A stretch of 64,000 bases of DNA from Podarcis gaigeae (taxonomy: Eukaryota). Shown here piece by piece: positions 37,234 through 48,800 of the stretch. The stretch lies in assembly GCA_964106915.2 (NCBI GenBank), contig OZ066916.1; one strand, written 5' to 3'. A program made the position numbers and the translations under genes. Numbering within the stretch: the first letter of the stretch is position 1; every line of letters starts with the position of its first letter. The notes below the pieces were generated by a model that was not told the DNA's origin, ran no database searches, and saw only the letters and a list, made by a program, of their open reading frames with translations.

Positions 37234-39745
37234 TATTGAACTAAAGGCATTTTATTAGCAAGCCATCCAGAAACAGTGAGCAAAGCTAGTGCGCAGAAAC
37301 TTTGCCTTAACCAAACAGCCCTAAACTTTGTTAGGTCTCCTTAAGAGGCCTTTGATGTTGGCTCTTAAAGTGGGATTGCTCTGCATAACATAAAAAGTAA
37401 ATAACGTAACAATAAAAATTCTACAACATCACTGAATTCAACATCACTCTCCGGGCAGATGAAGTGGCTTTTCACCTGCCTAACCTGCTGCTCCAGGTGA
37501 ACATCTCTGGAGAGAGGGTTGCAGTGTCGGAGAACGGCCACAGAAAAGAATCCCTCTCTGTTTGAAACATTTGAATTCTTCTCTTCCTGCAAATACTGTT
37601 GCTCCATCTCTTCCACATCACAGGCTTCTAAATAGTTAAAATACTTGCAATCTTTCTTGAACTAGTGCTGTAATTTCTTCCCCTGCCTCACAAACACAGC
37701 GCCATTGAAAGGAACAGTTAAATGGTTATGGGAAACGGCTTTTCCTCAAGGAAGGTTTTTAGGAGTTCATTGATGCATCTGATATTGCTGATAATTGCAA
37801 CACTTTACAAATGTGTTGCTTGACTGGACTGCTGATACCTCCCATGATGGTTGCCAAGGCTCCACCTCCCCTTTTGCAGAAGATTTTTTTTGGGGGGGGT
37901 CCACATTTTCACCCTGCCCCCTTTTCAAGTAGGCAGAGCTAAGACAGGAGAGAATGTAGCAACTGTGGTTGACACAGTCTGTTGCTTTATTTATTTACTT
38001 ACATAGCTGTGGTTTCACTCAAATAACCTCAAATAGGTTCTTAATTTTGACTGCAGGTAGTCTGATCTTCTAATGGAACAGGAAAATACATTTGTGAAAG
38101 GTCACCCTAACTTTCTGTGAAGGTTCATCTTAAAAGTATTTGAACAATGTCCATTTTCCATCATTGAGGCCCAGCTGGAGACATTTCCCCCTGTTTGCAG
38201 TCACTTACTAAATAGCCGAAAACAAAAGCAGATAGCCTCAAGTCTGAAATGGTTTTGAAGTGCAGTTCTTAAAATGACTCTTTTTCAAAAGTGATTGCTT
38301 GAATCCTGTCTGCAGTTATCTCAGTATTGCTGCCGCCTGTAGCACATCCCCTTACTGAGACATCTGATTACCTGGGGTTTTTTAATGTCAGCTGACTCAG
38401 CATAAAGTAAAAAATAAAAATAAAAAATCTGGTTTTATCTGTATTTTATCTTGTTAGTCGCTTTGAGACTTTTTGTGTAAAGCGTCTAACAAACGAAAAT
38501 AATTCTAATATATGTTAAAAGCATGGTTTTCCCAATCCCTAGAAGAAGCTCATAAACACTCAGTCACTAGAGGTGGATAGGACACATGCTGGAATAAATA
38601 GAGCACTAGCTGAGCATGAAATACAGTGAGGAAGCTCTCTCCAAGCAGATTTCAGCACTGATTTCTATAATAAAAAAAGGTGGGGGAAGGAAAGGCAGCC
38701 ATGATGGATGAAGCCATCAAGACAACCCCAGTGAATGTGTGGGTTCATTTGCCTTTCAACCAAAGCTTCCATGTGGTTCACCATTCTAACGTTTCCTGTT
38801 CAGTAGTCAGATGGAAAGGAAATTCCATGTGCTTCCTGGATTTGGATGTGACATGGTAAAAAGGGCAGCCAGCATAAGCAATATTCAGAGCGTTACAAAA
38901 ATATGGTTACTTCAACCATATGCAGCTTTGTTTCATCCCATTAAAAAACCATTGTTGTTTCTGTAAATTGAATTCAATTCCTTACTAAAGAAGGAATATT
39001 TGAAAGGCAATAAGACCCCCGCCTCCTCTTGGCCTATAACATGCATTTTACAATCCATTTTGAGACTGAGAGGCCAGTCAAAATATTTTTCTCCCTTCCT
39101 TACTTCTGTCCAAACATTGAAGCTCTCTATTCAAGTGTCTGGGTGAATGCATGAGAGCTTAAAGTGGGGAGGGGGTGTGCCTGCAATCTCATCCTCAACA
39201 TCCCTGTTCACCCACTTCCAACCTTTACATACCAGACACAAAAATCCGCAGGAAGAGTCTCAGTGTGTTCACCTAAACATGGTTAGAGGCCTGCTCGTGA
39301 TCAGGAACCCTGCATTATTATCAGAAGAGACTCAATACATATATGAAACGTAAATGAATAGTATTGTTTCAGGAACTCTGTTTTTTCAGGGCTTGTAACT
39401 GCAGTGACAGAGCCTAAGTACATGTAGTTTGTATGTACGTGGAATCCATTCTGATGGCCTAGTGCATTCATATAGCTCCCTTATCTCTCCATGCTCAGTA
39501 TACACATAAACACACACAGCTTCTCTAAAGCACAAGTATTTCTAAGATGATTTGAAGTTAAGCCATGTTTTCTGTTTCTAGCTCTGTTGCTGTCTTCCTT
39601 GTCTTTGGGGAAGAAGTTATTTGCACCCTTTTCCTTTTCTCTGCTCATCAGTTGGCGACTGGTGATCAAAGTACTTCTCAAAAATGCTGTTTGAAGCAGC
39701 ACATGCATGTCTTGGGTAGGTGGCAGTGGCAGCGGTAGTAGCAGC

Positions 39746-40094
39746 TGTTGTGTATTGAGTCAAAGGATTTTATATCTGTATTATTATTGTCTGTATTGCA
39801 TTAGGGTAAAGTAACTGCCTTTTGGTTCCAGAGGGTACAGCTACTATTGGTTCATTTAAGCTGCTGTATTTGGATCCTCTGTCTTATTGGTTTCCTCCAA
39901 AAGGCAGGACTGTGATTGCCTGATATTGTTCCCTCCAAAATGTATCCTTTCTAGCTTGTTCCCTGTCCCTATAAATGTAGCTCTCCCCTCCTCAAGTCTC
40001 AGTCTTGTTTGCTTTAATAAAGAAGTGTTACTAGAGAACTGTCTCCAGCATATTATGTCAAGAGAGCTGAAATCACAAACCCTACGTCACAACA
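39746..40094 (+). repeat. 5' LTR
   Basis: TG...CA ends, TATAAAT and AATAAA. By eye it differs from the 3' LTR at one base (gccttttGgttcc versus gccttttTgttcc). Confidence 0.97.
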
Positions 40095-40096
40095 AC

Positions 40097-40114
40097 TGGC
40101 GACGAAGGTGGGAT
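40097..40114 (+). promoter_or_regulatory. Primer-binding site complementary to the tRNA-Ser(GCU) 3' end
   Basis: TGGCGACGAAGGTGGGAT is the reverse complement of ATCCCACCTTCGTCGCCA, the 3' end of vertebrate tRNA-Ser(GCU) as recalled; it lies 2 nt after the LTR. Confidence 0.85.
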
Positions 40115-40218
40115 CTGGAATGCTGAGGAGCGGTTAACGCAGCCCTGCCTCAGAGTCCGGATTGAAGCTAAAACAAGACTCACTGGCCAGCTGAGAAGAC
40201 GACCCTGCCCACAGGACA

Positions 40219-42741
40219 ATGGAGAGTCCAAGGGTATTGGAGCCCTTCCAGCCATCAGAGCCCCACAAGTGGGAAGACTACGTCGAACGCTTCGAGCTCT
40301 TCGCGGTGGCTCAAGGGATCACCGATGCCAGCAAAAGAAGGGCCACATTCCTGAGCTACTGTGGGCCTGAGATCTTCACGCTGGCCAAGGCATTGCTTGC
40401 TCCAGCGAAGCTAAGTGAGACATCTCTCAAAGATATTCTTGCCTGCCTAACAAGCCATTTGGCGCCTACTGAGACCAAGATGGCCCGGCGGATGGAGTTT
40501 CATAAGAGGCAGCAGCGTGCTGGGGAGTCTGTATCTGCATTTCTAGCTGAACTGCGGAAGCTCGCTCAGCACTGCGACTTCCAAGATCTGGAAGAGACTC
40601 TCCTGGATCATTTTATCAGTGGTCTGAGCAGCAAGAAAGCCAGAAGACGCATCGTGGCTAAAGAAGAGGTTACCCTTGCTTCAGCCTTGAAGGAGGCCAC
40701 CGCCACGGAGAATTATGAAAGAGAGGAGCTTGATGCCAGTCGCAGGGCCCCTAAGCCACAGATAGAAGTTGCGCGTGCCATGGACGAGCTAGAGGCTACT
40801 TCGAGCCAGAGCCCAGTCCGTGGGGTCGAGTCAGTGCGTCAGGCCTGCACAGTGCACAAAGATCACCGAGGCAGGTGCCCTGGTTGTGGCGGAAACCATG
40901 AGCGGAAGAGTTGTCGTTTCCGGGATGCTATGTGCCGGACGTGCGGGAAGACAGGTCACATCGCCAGGGTCTGTAGATCAGCGGCGTTGGGAGCGACAGG
41001 AGCACCTAGACTGGAGCATCGCAGACCGCCCACAGCAACCCACGTTCTACAGGACTGCCACTACGTAACGGAGATCAACGGGAGGGTCGTGCAGTTTCCA
41101 GCGCAAGGCAAGGCACACGTCAAGGTGAAGATTGAGGGTCAGCTGTGCGACATGGAGGTGGACTCCGGATCTGGATTCACTATCGTGTCGGACCAGACTG
41201 CGAGGACATTCTTCCCCAGGGGTAAGTTGCCCCCTCTGGAGCCCTTCCCGGCAACTTTGCAGTCATACTCAGCGGGCCGCATCCATGTCATGGGAATGTG
41301 TGCCGTGAGAGTACAGTTCCGGGACAAACAGGCGGTACTCAAACTGGTGATTGCGAAGGGCAGTCACCCCAGTCTCCTGGGCACTGACTGGTTCCCTGCC
41401 CTGGGACTGAGTATATCAGGGCTTAATTCAATGCAAACCTGCCCTGAGATGAGTGAGGCATTATGCAAAGAATTTGCTGGTCTCTTTAATGGAAAACTGG
41501 GTTGTTATAAAGGGCCCCCAGTTGACTTCGAATTGGACCCTGGGGTGGCCCCAATCCGACTCAAACCAAGGCGAGTGCCATTTGCACTGCAACCCAAGAT
41601 CGAAGCAGAGCTGGATAAATTGGTCAAGCAGGGAGTTCTCTCACCCGTGGACTCCGCTAAGTGGGAGACTCCAATCGTCACGCCCCTTAAAGCAAATGGG
41701 GAAGTCAGGATCTGTGCTGATTACAAATGTACTATCAATAAGGCACTCAGGGGAAACTCATACCCCATTCCAGTCGTATCACATCTGTTGGCTAAACTGG
41801 CTGGGGGCAAGGTGTTCACCAAAATTGACCTGGCACAAGCTTACCAACAGCTGCCAGTAACCCCACAATCAGCGGAAGCACAGACTATTGTCACACATAA
41901 AGGGGCGTTCAGAGTTAACAGATTACAATTTGGAGTTTGTGTGGCCCCAGGGATTTTTCAAGGGCTCATGGAACGCCTGTTAAGAGGTCTGCCGGGGGTC
42001 TTGCCATTTTTTGATGACGTTTTGATTGCTGGAAAAGACCCACAGGAACTGGTTGCGCATGTCCGTGCAGTGTTGCTCAAGTTCAAGGAGGTGGGATTGC
42101 AACTAAAAAAGGAAAAATGCAGTTTTGGGGTGCCAACTGTGGATTTCTTGGGGTTTAAAATTGATGCATCAGGCATCCACCCCACAGATGCTAAGGTTAA
42201 GGCCATCATCGAGGCACCACGACCACAGAACAAGATGGAGTTGCAGTCATTCCTGGGACTTATTAACTTTTATCATTCGTTCTTACCCCAGAAAGCTTCG
42301 GTAGCTGAACCATTACATAGACTGTTGCAGAAAAAGAATGTGTGGCGATGGGGGCAGGAGCAGCAGAAGGCTTTTGACTCCTTGCGAGGAATGCTGAGTA
42401 GCAGGAGCGTCCTTGCTCATTATGATGAGTCGAAGCCGCTGGTCCTGGCATGTGATGCCTCTCAATACGGTCTGGGGGCGGTGCTGAGTCATAGGGAACC
42501 GGATGGGTCGGAAAAGCCCATCTCTTTCTATTCCCGTACGTTGTCAGCCACGGAGCGCAACTATGCTCAAATTGACAAAGAGGCGCTTGCAATTGTGGCA
42601 GGAATTAAAAAGTTCCATGATTATGTGTACGGTCGCCATTTCTCCATTGAAACAGACCACAAACCACTGTTAGGGTTGTTCAACCCGAACAAACGCCACA
42701 AATTCTCTCCCCCAGAATGTTGCGTTGGTCTATATTCCTGA
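40219..42741 (+). CDS. Gypsy Gag-protease-RT-RNase H polyprotein, frameshifted near 42690
   Basis: Two zinc knuckles (CPGCGGNHERKSC, CRTCGKTGHIARVC), protease VDSGS, RT RICADYK/KIDLAQAYQQ/FFDD, RNase H DASQYGLGAVL...TDHKPL. Confidence 0.93.
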   Translation: MESPRVLEPFQPSEPHKWEDYVERFELFAVAQGITDASKRRATFLSYCGPEIFTLAKALLAPAKLSETSLKDILACLTSHLAPTETKMARRMEFHKRQQRAGESVSAFLAELRKLAQHCDFQDLEETLLDHFISGLSSKKARRRIVAKEEVTLASALKEATATENYEREELDASRRAPKPQIEVARAMDELEATSSQSPVRGVESVRQACTVHKDHRGRCPGCGGNHERKSCRFRDAMCRTCGKTGHIARVCRSAALGATGAPRLEHRRPPTATHVLQDCHYVTEINGRVVQFPAQGKAHVKVKIEGQLCDMEVDSGSGFTIVSDQTARTFFPRGKLPPLEPFPATLQSYSAGRIHVMGMCAVRVQFRDKQAVLKLVIAKGSHPSLLGTDWFPALGLSISGLNSMQTCPEMSEALCKEFAGLFNGKLGCYKGPPVDFELDPGVAPIRLKPRRVPFALQPKIEAELDKLVKQGVLSPVDSAKWETPIVTPLKANGEVRICADYKCTINKALRGNSYPIPVVSHLLAKLAGGKVFTKIDLAQAYQQLPVTPQSAEAQTIVTHKGAFRVNRLQFGVCVAPGIFQGLMERLLRGLPGVLPFFDDVLIAGKDPQELVAHVRAVLLKFKEVGLQLKKEKCSFGVPTVDFLGFKIDASGIHPTDAKVKAIIEAPRPQNKMELQSFLGLINFYHSFLPQKASVAEPLHRLLQKKNVWRWGQEQQKAFDSLRGMLSSRSVLAHYDESKPLVLACDASQYGLGAVLSHREPDGSEKPISFYSRTLSATERNYAQIDKEALAIVAGIKKFHDYVYGRHFSIETDHKPLLGLFNPNKRHKFSPPECCVGLYS

Positions 42742-44698
42742 ACGGGTTCCAGTACACCTTGACCCATGTGCCGGGGAAGCGGTTGTGCCACGCTGATGCG
42801 CTGAGTTGATTGCCCCTTCCTGGCGGGAGCAATGAGGATCCTGCTCCAGCGGAGCACATCATGATGCTGGAAAAACTTCCGGGGGCTCCTGTAATGGCTA
42901 CTGATATAGCTGAGAAAACGAGGAAAGATGCTGTTCTCTCCCATGTGCTCACTTGGGTGGGGAGGGGGTGGCCAGGTGGTCCGCATGAAGACAAATTCAG
43001 GCCTTATGCGACAAGGCAGCACGAGTTGTCCATGCATAAGGGTTGTCTCCTGTGGGGAGATAGGGTGATCATCCCAGCACCACTGAGAAACAGGGTTCTT
43101 GAGACGCTTCACATGGGACACCCGGGAATGGTCAGGATGAAGTCGCTAGCCTGATGTTATGTGTGGTGGCCTGGAATGGACCAGAACATAGAACAATGGG
43201 TACGAACATGCAAGGCATGCCAAGAGGTGCGGCCAGAAGTGGCCAGAGCACCAGTTCACTGGTGGGAGCAGTCCAGATCTCCCTGGAGCCGGCTGCACTT
43301 AGATTTTGCTGGGCCATTCCAGGGGAAGGTCTTTTTGGTTATCGTCGATGCATATTCCAAATGGTTAGAAGTGGCAATGGTCCCTAGCATGGCATCAGCT
43401 GCCGTAATCAAGGTGTTGAGGCAGCTGTTTGCAACCCACGGGTTACCTGAGACCATTGTATCAGATAATGGGGCAGCTTTTGTATCCCAAGAATTCAGGG
43501 CATTCTTGGCTGATAACTTCATAAGAGGGGTCACATCCGCGCCCTTTCACCCATCCTCCAATGGGCAGGCGGAGCGCATGGTAAGAACAGCCAAAGAATC
43601 CATTGCGTGCTTAATGGAGGGTAACTGGTCAGCTCGCATCGCGCGAATGTTATTTTTGCAGCATGCGACGCCGTGTACTGCAACGGGCAAGTCGCCAGCT
43701 GAGCTGCTCTTGGGTAGAAGACTGGTAACGGTGCTGGATTATGTCCACCCGGATAAAATGCCAAACTGTAATGCAAGAGCAACCCCCCAGGCTGAGACTG
43801 ACACAACAAGGTATCTCGCCCCTGAAGATCTGGTCTGGGTGAGGAACTATTCACAAGGTTCGCGGTGGGTGGCTGGTGTGGTCACCCGGGCTAGTGGTAA
43901 AAAGGTAAAGGTAAAGGTACCCCTGCCCGTACGGGCCAATCTTGACAGACTCTGGGGTTGTGCGCCCATCTCACTCAAGAGGCCAGGGGCCAGCGCTGTC
44001 CGAAGACACTTCCGGGTCACGTGGCCAGCGTGACATCGCTGCTCTGGCAAGCCAGCGCAGCACACGGAACGCCATTTACCTTCCCGCCAGTAAGCGGTCC
44101 CTATTTACTTGCACCCGGGGGTGTTTTTGAACTGCTAGGTTGGCAGGCGCTGGGACCGAGCAACGGGAGCGCACCCTGCAGCGGGGATTCGAACCACCGA
44201 CCTTTCAATCGGCAAGCCCTAGGCGCTGAGGCTTTAACCCACAGGGTGAGGAACTATTCACAAGGTTCGCGGTGGGTGGCTGGTGTGGTCACCCGGGCTA
44301 GTGGACCTGTGTCCTATTATGTGACCTTGGAAAATGGGCAAGTTTGGAAGAGACATATAGATCAGCTGAGGCGCCGGGCGCTCAGCAGAGAGGAGTCTGA
44401 TAATTCATCCCTGGCTAACGACGCAGAGCTACAAGGCCAGGGTGAAAATGGCCCAGAGGTGCAATCACCAGGGGCCTCAGCAAATGAACCAGGGTCTGCT
44501 AGTCCTCAGGATGACGAGGTACAGGTAGGGGACCCTGAGATGTCTGGGACTCCATCTGTTCCTGACGAAACCCCTATAGCAGCCCCCCTACCACAGGTGA
44601 CACCCAATCCAGAACCGGCAACACCTGTTGTCAGGAGATCAAGTAGAAGTTGTAGGACCCCACAGTACCTGAGAGATTACGTCTGCTGTGCTCACTAG
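42690..44698 (+). pseudogene. Gypsy integrase region disrupted by two TGA stops (42807, 43152) and a SINE insertion
   Basis: HADALS*LP, LHMGHPG...LA*CYVWWP...CKAC (HHCC), DFAGPF, SDNG, SNGQAERMV (DDE), C-terminal RRSSRSCRTPQYLRDY ending at TAG 44696-44698. Confidence 0.92.
43898..44243 (-). mobile_element. Sauria SINE (slightly 5'-truncated) nested in the Gypsy integrase
   Basis: Highly similar to 9079-9425; (ACCTTT)n tail; flanked by a 61-bp direct repeat (43837-43897 and 44244-44304). Confidence 0.95.
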
Positions 44699-44709
44699 GG
44701 GGGGAGGGG
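44697..44709 (+). promoter_or_regulatory. Polypurine tract
   Basis: A/G-only run immediately before the 3' LTR. Confidence 0.9.
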
Positions 44710-45053
44710 TGTTGTGTATTGAGTCAAAGGATTTTATATCTGTATTATTATTGTCTGTATTGCATTAGGGTAAAGTAACTGCCTTTTTGTTCCAGAGGGT
44801 ACAGCTACTATTGGTTCATTTAAGCTGCTGTATTTGGATCCTCTGTCTTATTGGTTTCCTCCAAAAGGCAGGACTGTGATTGCCTGATATTGTTCCCTCC
44901 AAAATGTATCCTTTCTAGCTTGTTCCCTGTCCCTATAAATGTAGCTCTCCCCTCCTCAAGTCTCAGTCTTGTTTGCTTTAATAAAGAAGTGTTACTAGAG
45001 AACTGTCTCCAGCATATTATGTCAAGAGAGCTGAAATCACAAACCCTACGTCA

Positions 45054-45058
<5 letters not shown>
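44710..45058 (+). repeat. 3' LTR
   Basis: Near-identical copy of 39746-40094. Confidence 0.97.

Positions 45059-45089
<31 letters not shown>
45059..45089. repeat. (CAG)n microsatellite at the Gypsy insertion site
   Basis: About 10 GCA units directly after the 3' LTR. Confidence 0.9.
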
Positions 45090-45092
<3 letters not shown>

Positions 45093-45549
45093 AGTGGGGA
45101 AGAAGAGACCCCCACTCTCCATCCAGCCACCTGCTCTCAGGAGAAGCACACAAGCTGCTTCAAACAGCACTTTTGAAAAGCAATGTAAAGTGACTCCCAT
45201 GCTCCCAAAAATACTTCTCAAAAGTGCTGCTTGAAATATCAACCCTCTCCATCTACAAAGGGGGTGGCAGCTTCAAATAGAACTTTTCCTTTAAGCCAGT
45301 GGGTGGGAGTGGTGAAGTCTACCCCACCCTCCCCATTACTGTCCACCTACTTTAAGGTAGATGGCTGCTTTTGAGAACAGTGCTTTTGAGAAGTGCTTTC
45401 AGGTAGCTCTTGTATGCTCTCCATTCAGCTGGTCCAAAGTGTGGGAAATAACCCTGGCAGAAAATTAATTGGTTTGAAGTGAAAGACTTGCTTATTAGCA
45501 GCTTTTGTGTGTTAAGCTTTTAGGTGTGTATTATTGGTCTTTCCTTTCC

Positions 45550-45800
45550 AGCCAGTGTGGTGTAGTGGTTAAGAGCAGTGGACTTGTAATCTGGTGAACC
45601 AGGTTCGATTCCCTGCTCCTCCACATGCAGCTGCTGGGTGACCTTGGGCTAGTCACACTTCTCTGAAGTCTCTCAGCCTCACTCACATCACAGAGTGTTT
45701 GTTGGGGGGAGGAAGGGAAAGGAGATTGTTAGCCTCTTTGAGACTCCTTAGGGTAGTGATAAAGTGGGATATCAAATCCAAACTCCTCCTCTTCTTCCTT
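45550..45800 (+). mobile_element. tRNA-derived SINE with an L2-like 3' end (lacertid ~250-bp family)
   Basis: A-box tggtgtagtgg, B-box ggttcgattccc, core gggtgaccttgggctagtca, (CTT)-type tail; second copy at 52102-52343. Confidence 0.85.
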
Positions 45801-48800
45801 TTTAAGCAGCCCTCCCTCTATATAACATATGTCTATATAATAAAAATGTAAGAATGTCATCACTCAGCTCCCATTGGAGATTTTGTAGTTCCCCTCCATA
45901 ATCCTGGATTTGCCTGAAGTCAGAGCATAGCTGCTCCTGGAGGATTTGTAGTCTCTCATTAAAGTCTTTGATTTGTACGAAGTCAGGGCAGGATAGGAGA
46001 GCAAAAATGAAGGCACACCGCACAACATGACATGGGAGGAACATGGGGGTTGAAGAGGTAGGGTTAAAATAATGGCAGGGGTTTGCACAAAGTACCTTCA
46101 TTGTCTGAAAACACAACATAATATTTGTGTGCGTTGCATCCTTTATGTCTTCCACATGAGGCAGCTGAGGAATGGAAGAGGGCGAAGTTTAAGAAAGTGG
46201 CTACTTTAAGCAATGTCAGATGTTGGAGTAAAGTGGGGATGGAGTTCTAGGTTTGCCACACACAAAGTTGTTGAGCTAATTTTCTGAAATTTTGGAGCTG
46301 TTTCTAAGGAAAATTGGCAAAATCTAGACTTCTGACATGAGCTGCCATATACAGATGTCCAGTATTCCAGCTATGTCCAAGAAATTCTGGACGTATGGCA
46401 ACCCTATGGTGGTTTAAACAATCTGAATAAGGACGGGTTGCTTGTTATTAACACATGCCTTTAAGTAATTTACCTTTTATTTCACTCTGTAACTAAAACT
46501 CTTCTTTTTGCCTTTGCCTTTTATTCCCTCCCAGATCTGTTAGGAAGGCACTCTACTACCTAGACTAAAGTTCCCTAGGCTGTGTGCTCTTGCATATTTT
46601 GGTAAACATGTTAGTCTCTGGGCCAGTTCTGTTGGGCTGACAGCAGCCTATTGTCTGGCAAAATGCAGCCAGAGCCACAGAGGGAGATGTTCCCCTAGAG
46701 CTAGAGTAATTTCCTCCAGTCATTTGTGTTCCAGAAGGGCTTATTGCCTGCACACAGAGTAGTAGGTTTCAGACACACATAGAGAGCTGCATGACCTGAG
46801 CAAATGCAGTAACAACACTTAACCACTTTGGCAGCTGAAATGGTTTGTAGTGTTAATGTTCTTCCAAATGGAATACCTCCCTGTCTAATGTAAGGAAGCA
46901 TAAAACTGTACATATTTACATTGAGGAAGAGTTTAAACCACACATTAATTTAATTTGCAAGCAAATACTTATATAGCAGGTCATAAATACAGCAACCAGT
47001 TTTTCTCCAAAGCTGTCAAATCAGCACATTTCAAATATAATTTGGTATGCACAGTTTCAACAACCTCTTCCAAGGTGTAAATACCATGAAAGTATCTGCT
47101 TTTTTAAATGAAAAGTGCTTTGCTTTGTTTTTAAGTGAGTGAAACCATTATTGAAGAAAGCAAAGAAACATAGCTGTATCGGGCATTTTGCAGCAGTAGT
47201 AGCTGCAATGGAACTGAGAGATGGTAACTTTATTGATCCTTTCCAAGTCGGCTGACTTGTCTATGGAATCCCCTCTACCAGACAGTAGAGATCCTGGTAA
47301 CCAATGTTAATTTTAGCAGGGCACATTCAAGTATACACAAGATCTATATAGCTTATAAAAGATTCCTTCATTTTCTGATACTGTGTTGCAGAGTAATCCA
47401 GAGAACCTCAGCCTTACTCCTATCTCAGTGTGATGTTGGGGTCTAGACGGCTGGACCTCAGGTTTGAAGAAGAGTTGGCACAAGGCTTCCTTGAAACTTC
47501 AGGCTCCAGTTAGCCTTTGGTCTAAAAGCAAACTTTGCTTGCTGCCAATAAGCTTTCCCCAAATATTTATTGAGGTTTCAGAACTAATTTATTCTGATCA
47601 GCTGAATTATGTATGAGTGCAACAAAAATGCTTTCTCCAAAAGTCAGATTTCTTTGTTTCTTCTGTGGCCAAACTTCTTTCAGAAATGAGTGCCTCTCAG
47701 TTTCCCCTGCATATCCTTATTATGGCCATTCTCTTGTTGTTTGGCTCATTTCTGGTTTAACTGACATTTGGCACAAATGCAATTGCAAGAACCTTACCTG
47801 AACCTGTGGTCGGAATGCCACTGTTTCTTTTCTAACTTACAAATGTTGAAATGTTCGTTTTCTTGTGCTCAAGAGTTGAAATGCTTTTCACTCGAGGAGC
47901 CAAGAATTTCTTTGCCTCAGGGGTTGACATTGACCACCATTTCAAATATTTTCAGATTGATAAGTGTGTTTGATATGTCAGTGTGTTTTTCTTTTTCTCC
48001 TCCTCCTCTCAGAAGTTAACTTTCTCGAGCAAATTGATGCATTTTGTTGAACACTGCCTGGAAATGAAAATGTATAGAAGTAGCATAAAATTAGTGTATG
48101 CTCTTTTCCACAAGGCTCATGGTGGAAAATGAATTCTTATGCTGACGGTAAACAAGTGTACAATGAAATATATATTTTTTACCTTTAACACCCAAAGCAT
48201 CTTGGGATCTGAGGACCTAAAAGGAACACCTCTTACAGTAGGAGCCCTTTTCATGCACTGAGCTCAATATCCACATTGGCAGTGTGGTCAATGAGGTGGG
48301 ATTGCAGCACTCACTTGACCTCTGGTCGCTTGTATTGTTGCTGCATACTAGGATGGAAAGAGACAGGTGGCAGTGAATTGGGTGCACTACAACAAGCATT
48401 GACAGAGCCAATCTGGTGCTACAGGTGGTTTGTTGTCACCATGCTGTCCTCACAGCCTCCTCCACCCTCCTCCCCTCTTTCCCGCTGTGCAGCAGTGATA
48501 CCGCCAACCAAAAGTCAGGTGAGCACTGCTGCTCCACCTACCACAGCTCATCAAAGACCCTGCTCTTTGTGCCACCACCAGTTGAATTTCATCAGATGCC
48601 TACGTGGAGCAGGGGCCTTTCAGTGGTAGCAGCAATTGCATAGCATGCCTCTCAAAAGATGCCTGCCCAACCTCAGCACTTGGGTCCCTTAGGGGCCAAG
48701 TTCAGGTTCAGATTTGTCTAATTCAAATAATGTCATCATGATGAAAACCGCTGCCATGACTGCAGTAGCCAGTGGAGGAGATTGGTAGGGGTGGGGAAAT

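Larger units (their letters stand above)
39746..45058 (+). mobile_element. Full-length Gypsy/Ty3 LTR retrotransposon, Mag-clade (K02A2.6-like), recently inserted, now defective
   Basis: Two 349-bp LTRs (TGTTGTG...CACAACA), 5-bp TSD GCAGC, PBS, PPT, and a single gag-pol frame in PR-RT-RH-IN order. Confidence 0.97.

Noticed and set aside
43958-44698. 246-aa ORF as a separate env-like or accessory gene
   Set aside because: It is antisense SINE sequence running into the integrase C-terminal tail, an artefact of the insertion.
45550-45620. tRNA gene (also 9365-9440 and 59176-59250)
   Set aside because: A and B boxes are present, but there is no complete cloverleaf and each continues into a SINE body and tail.
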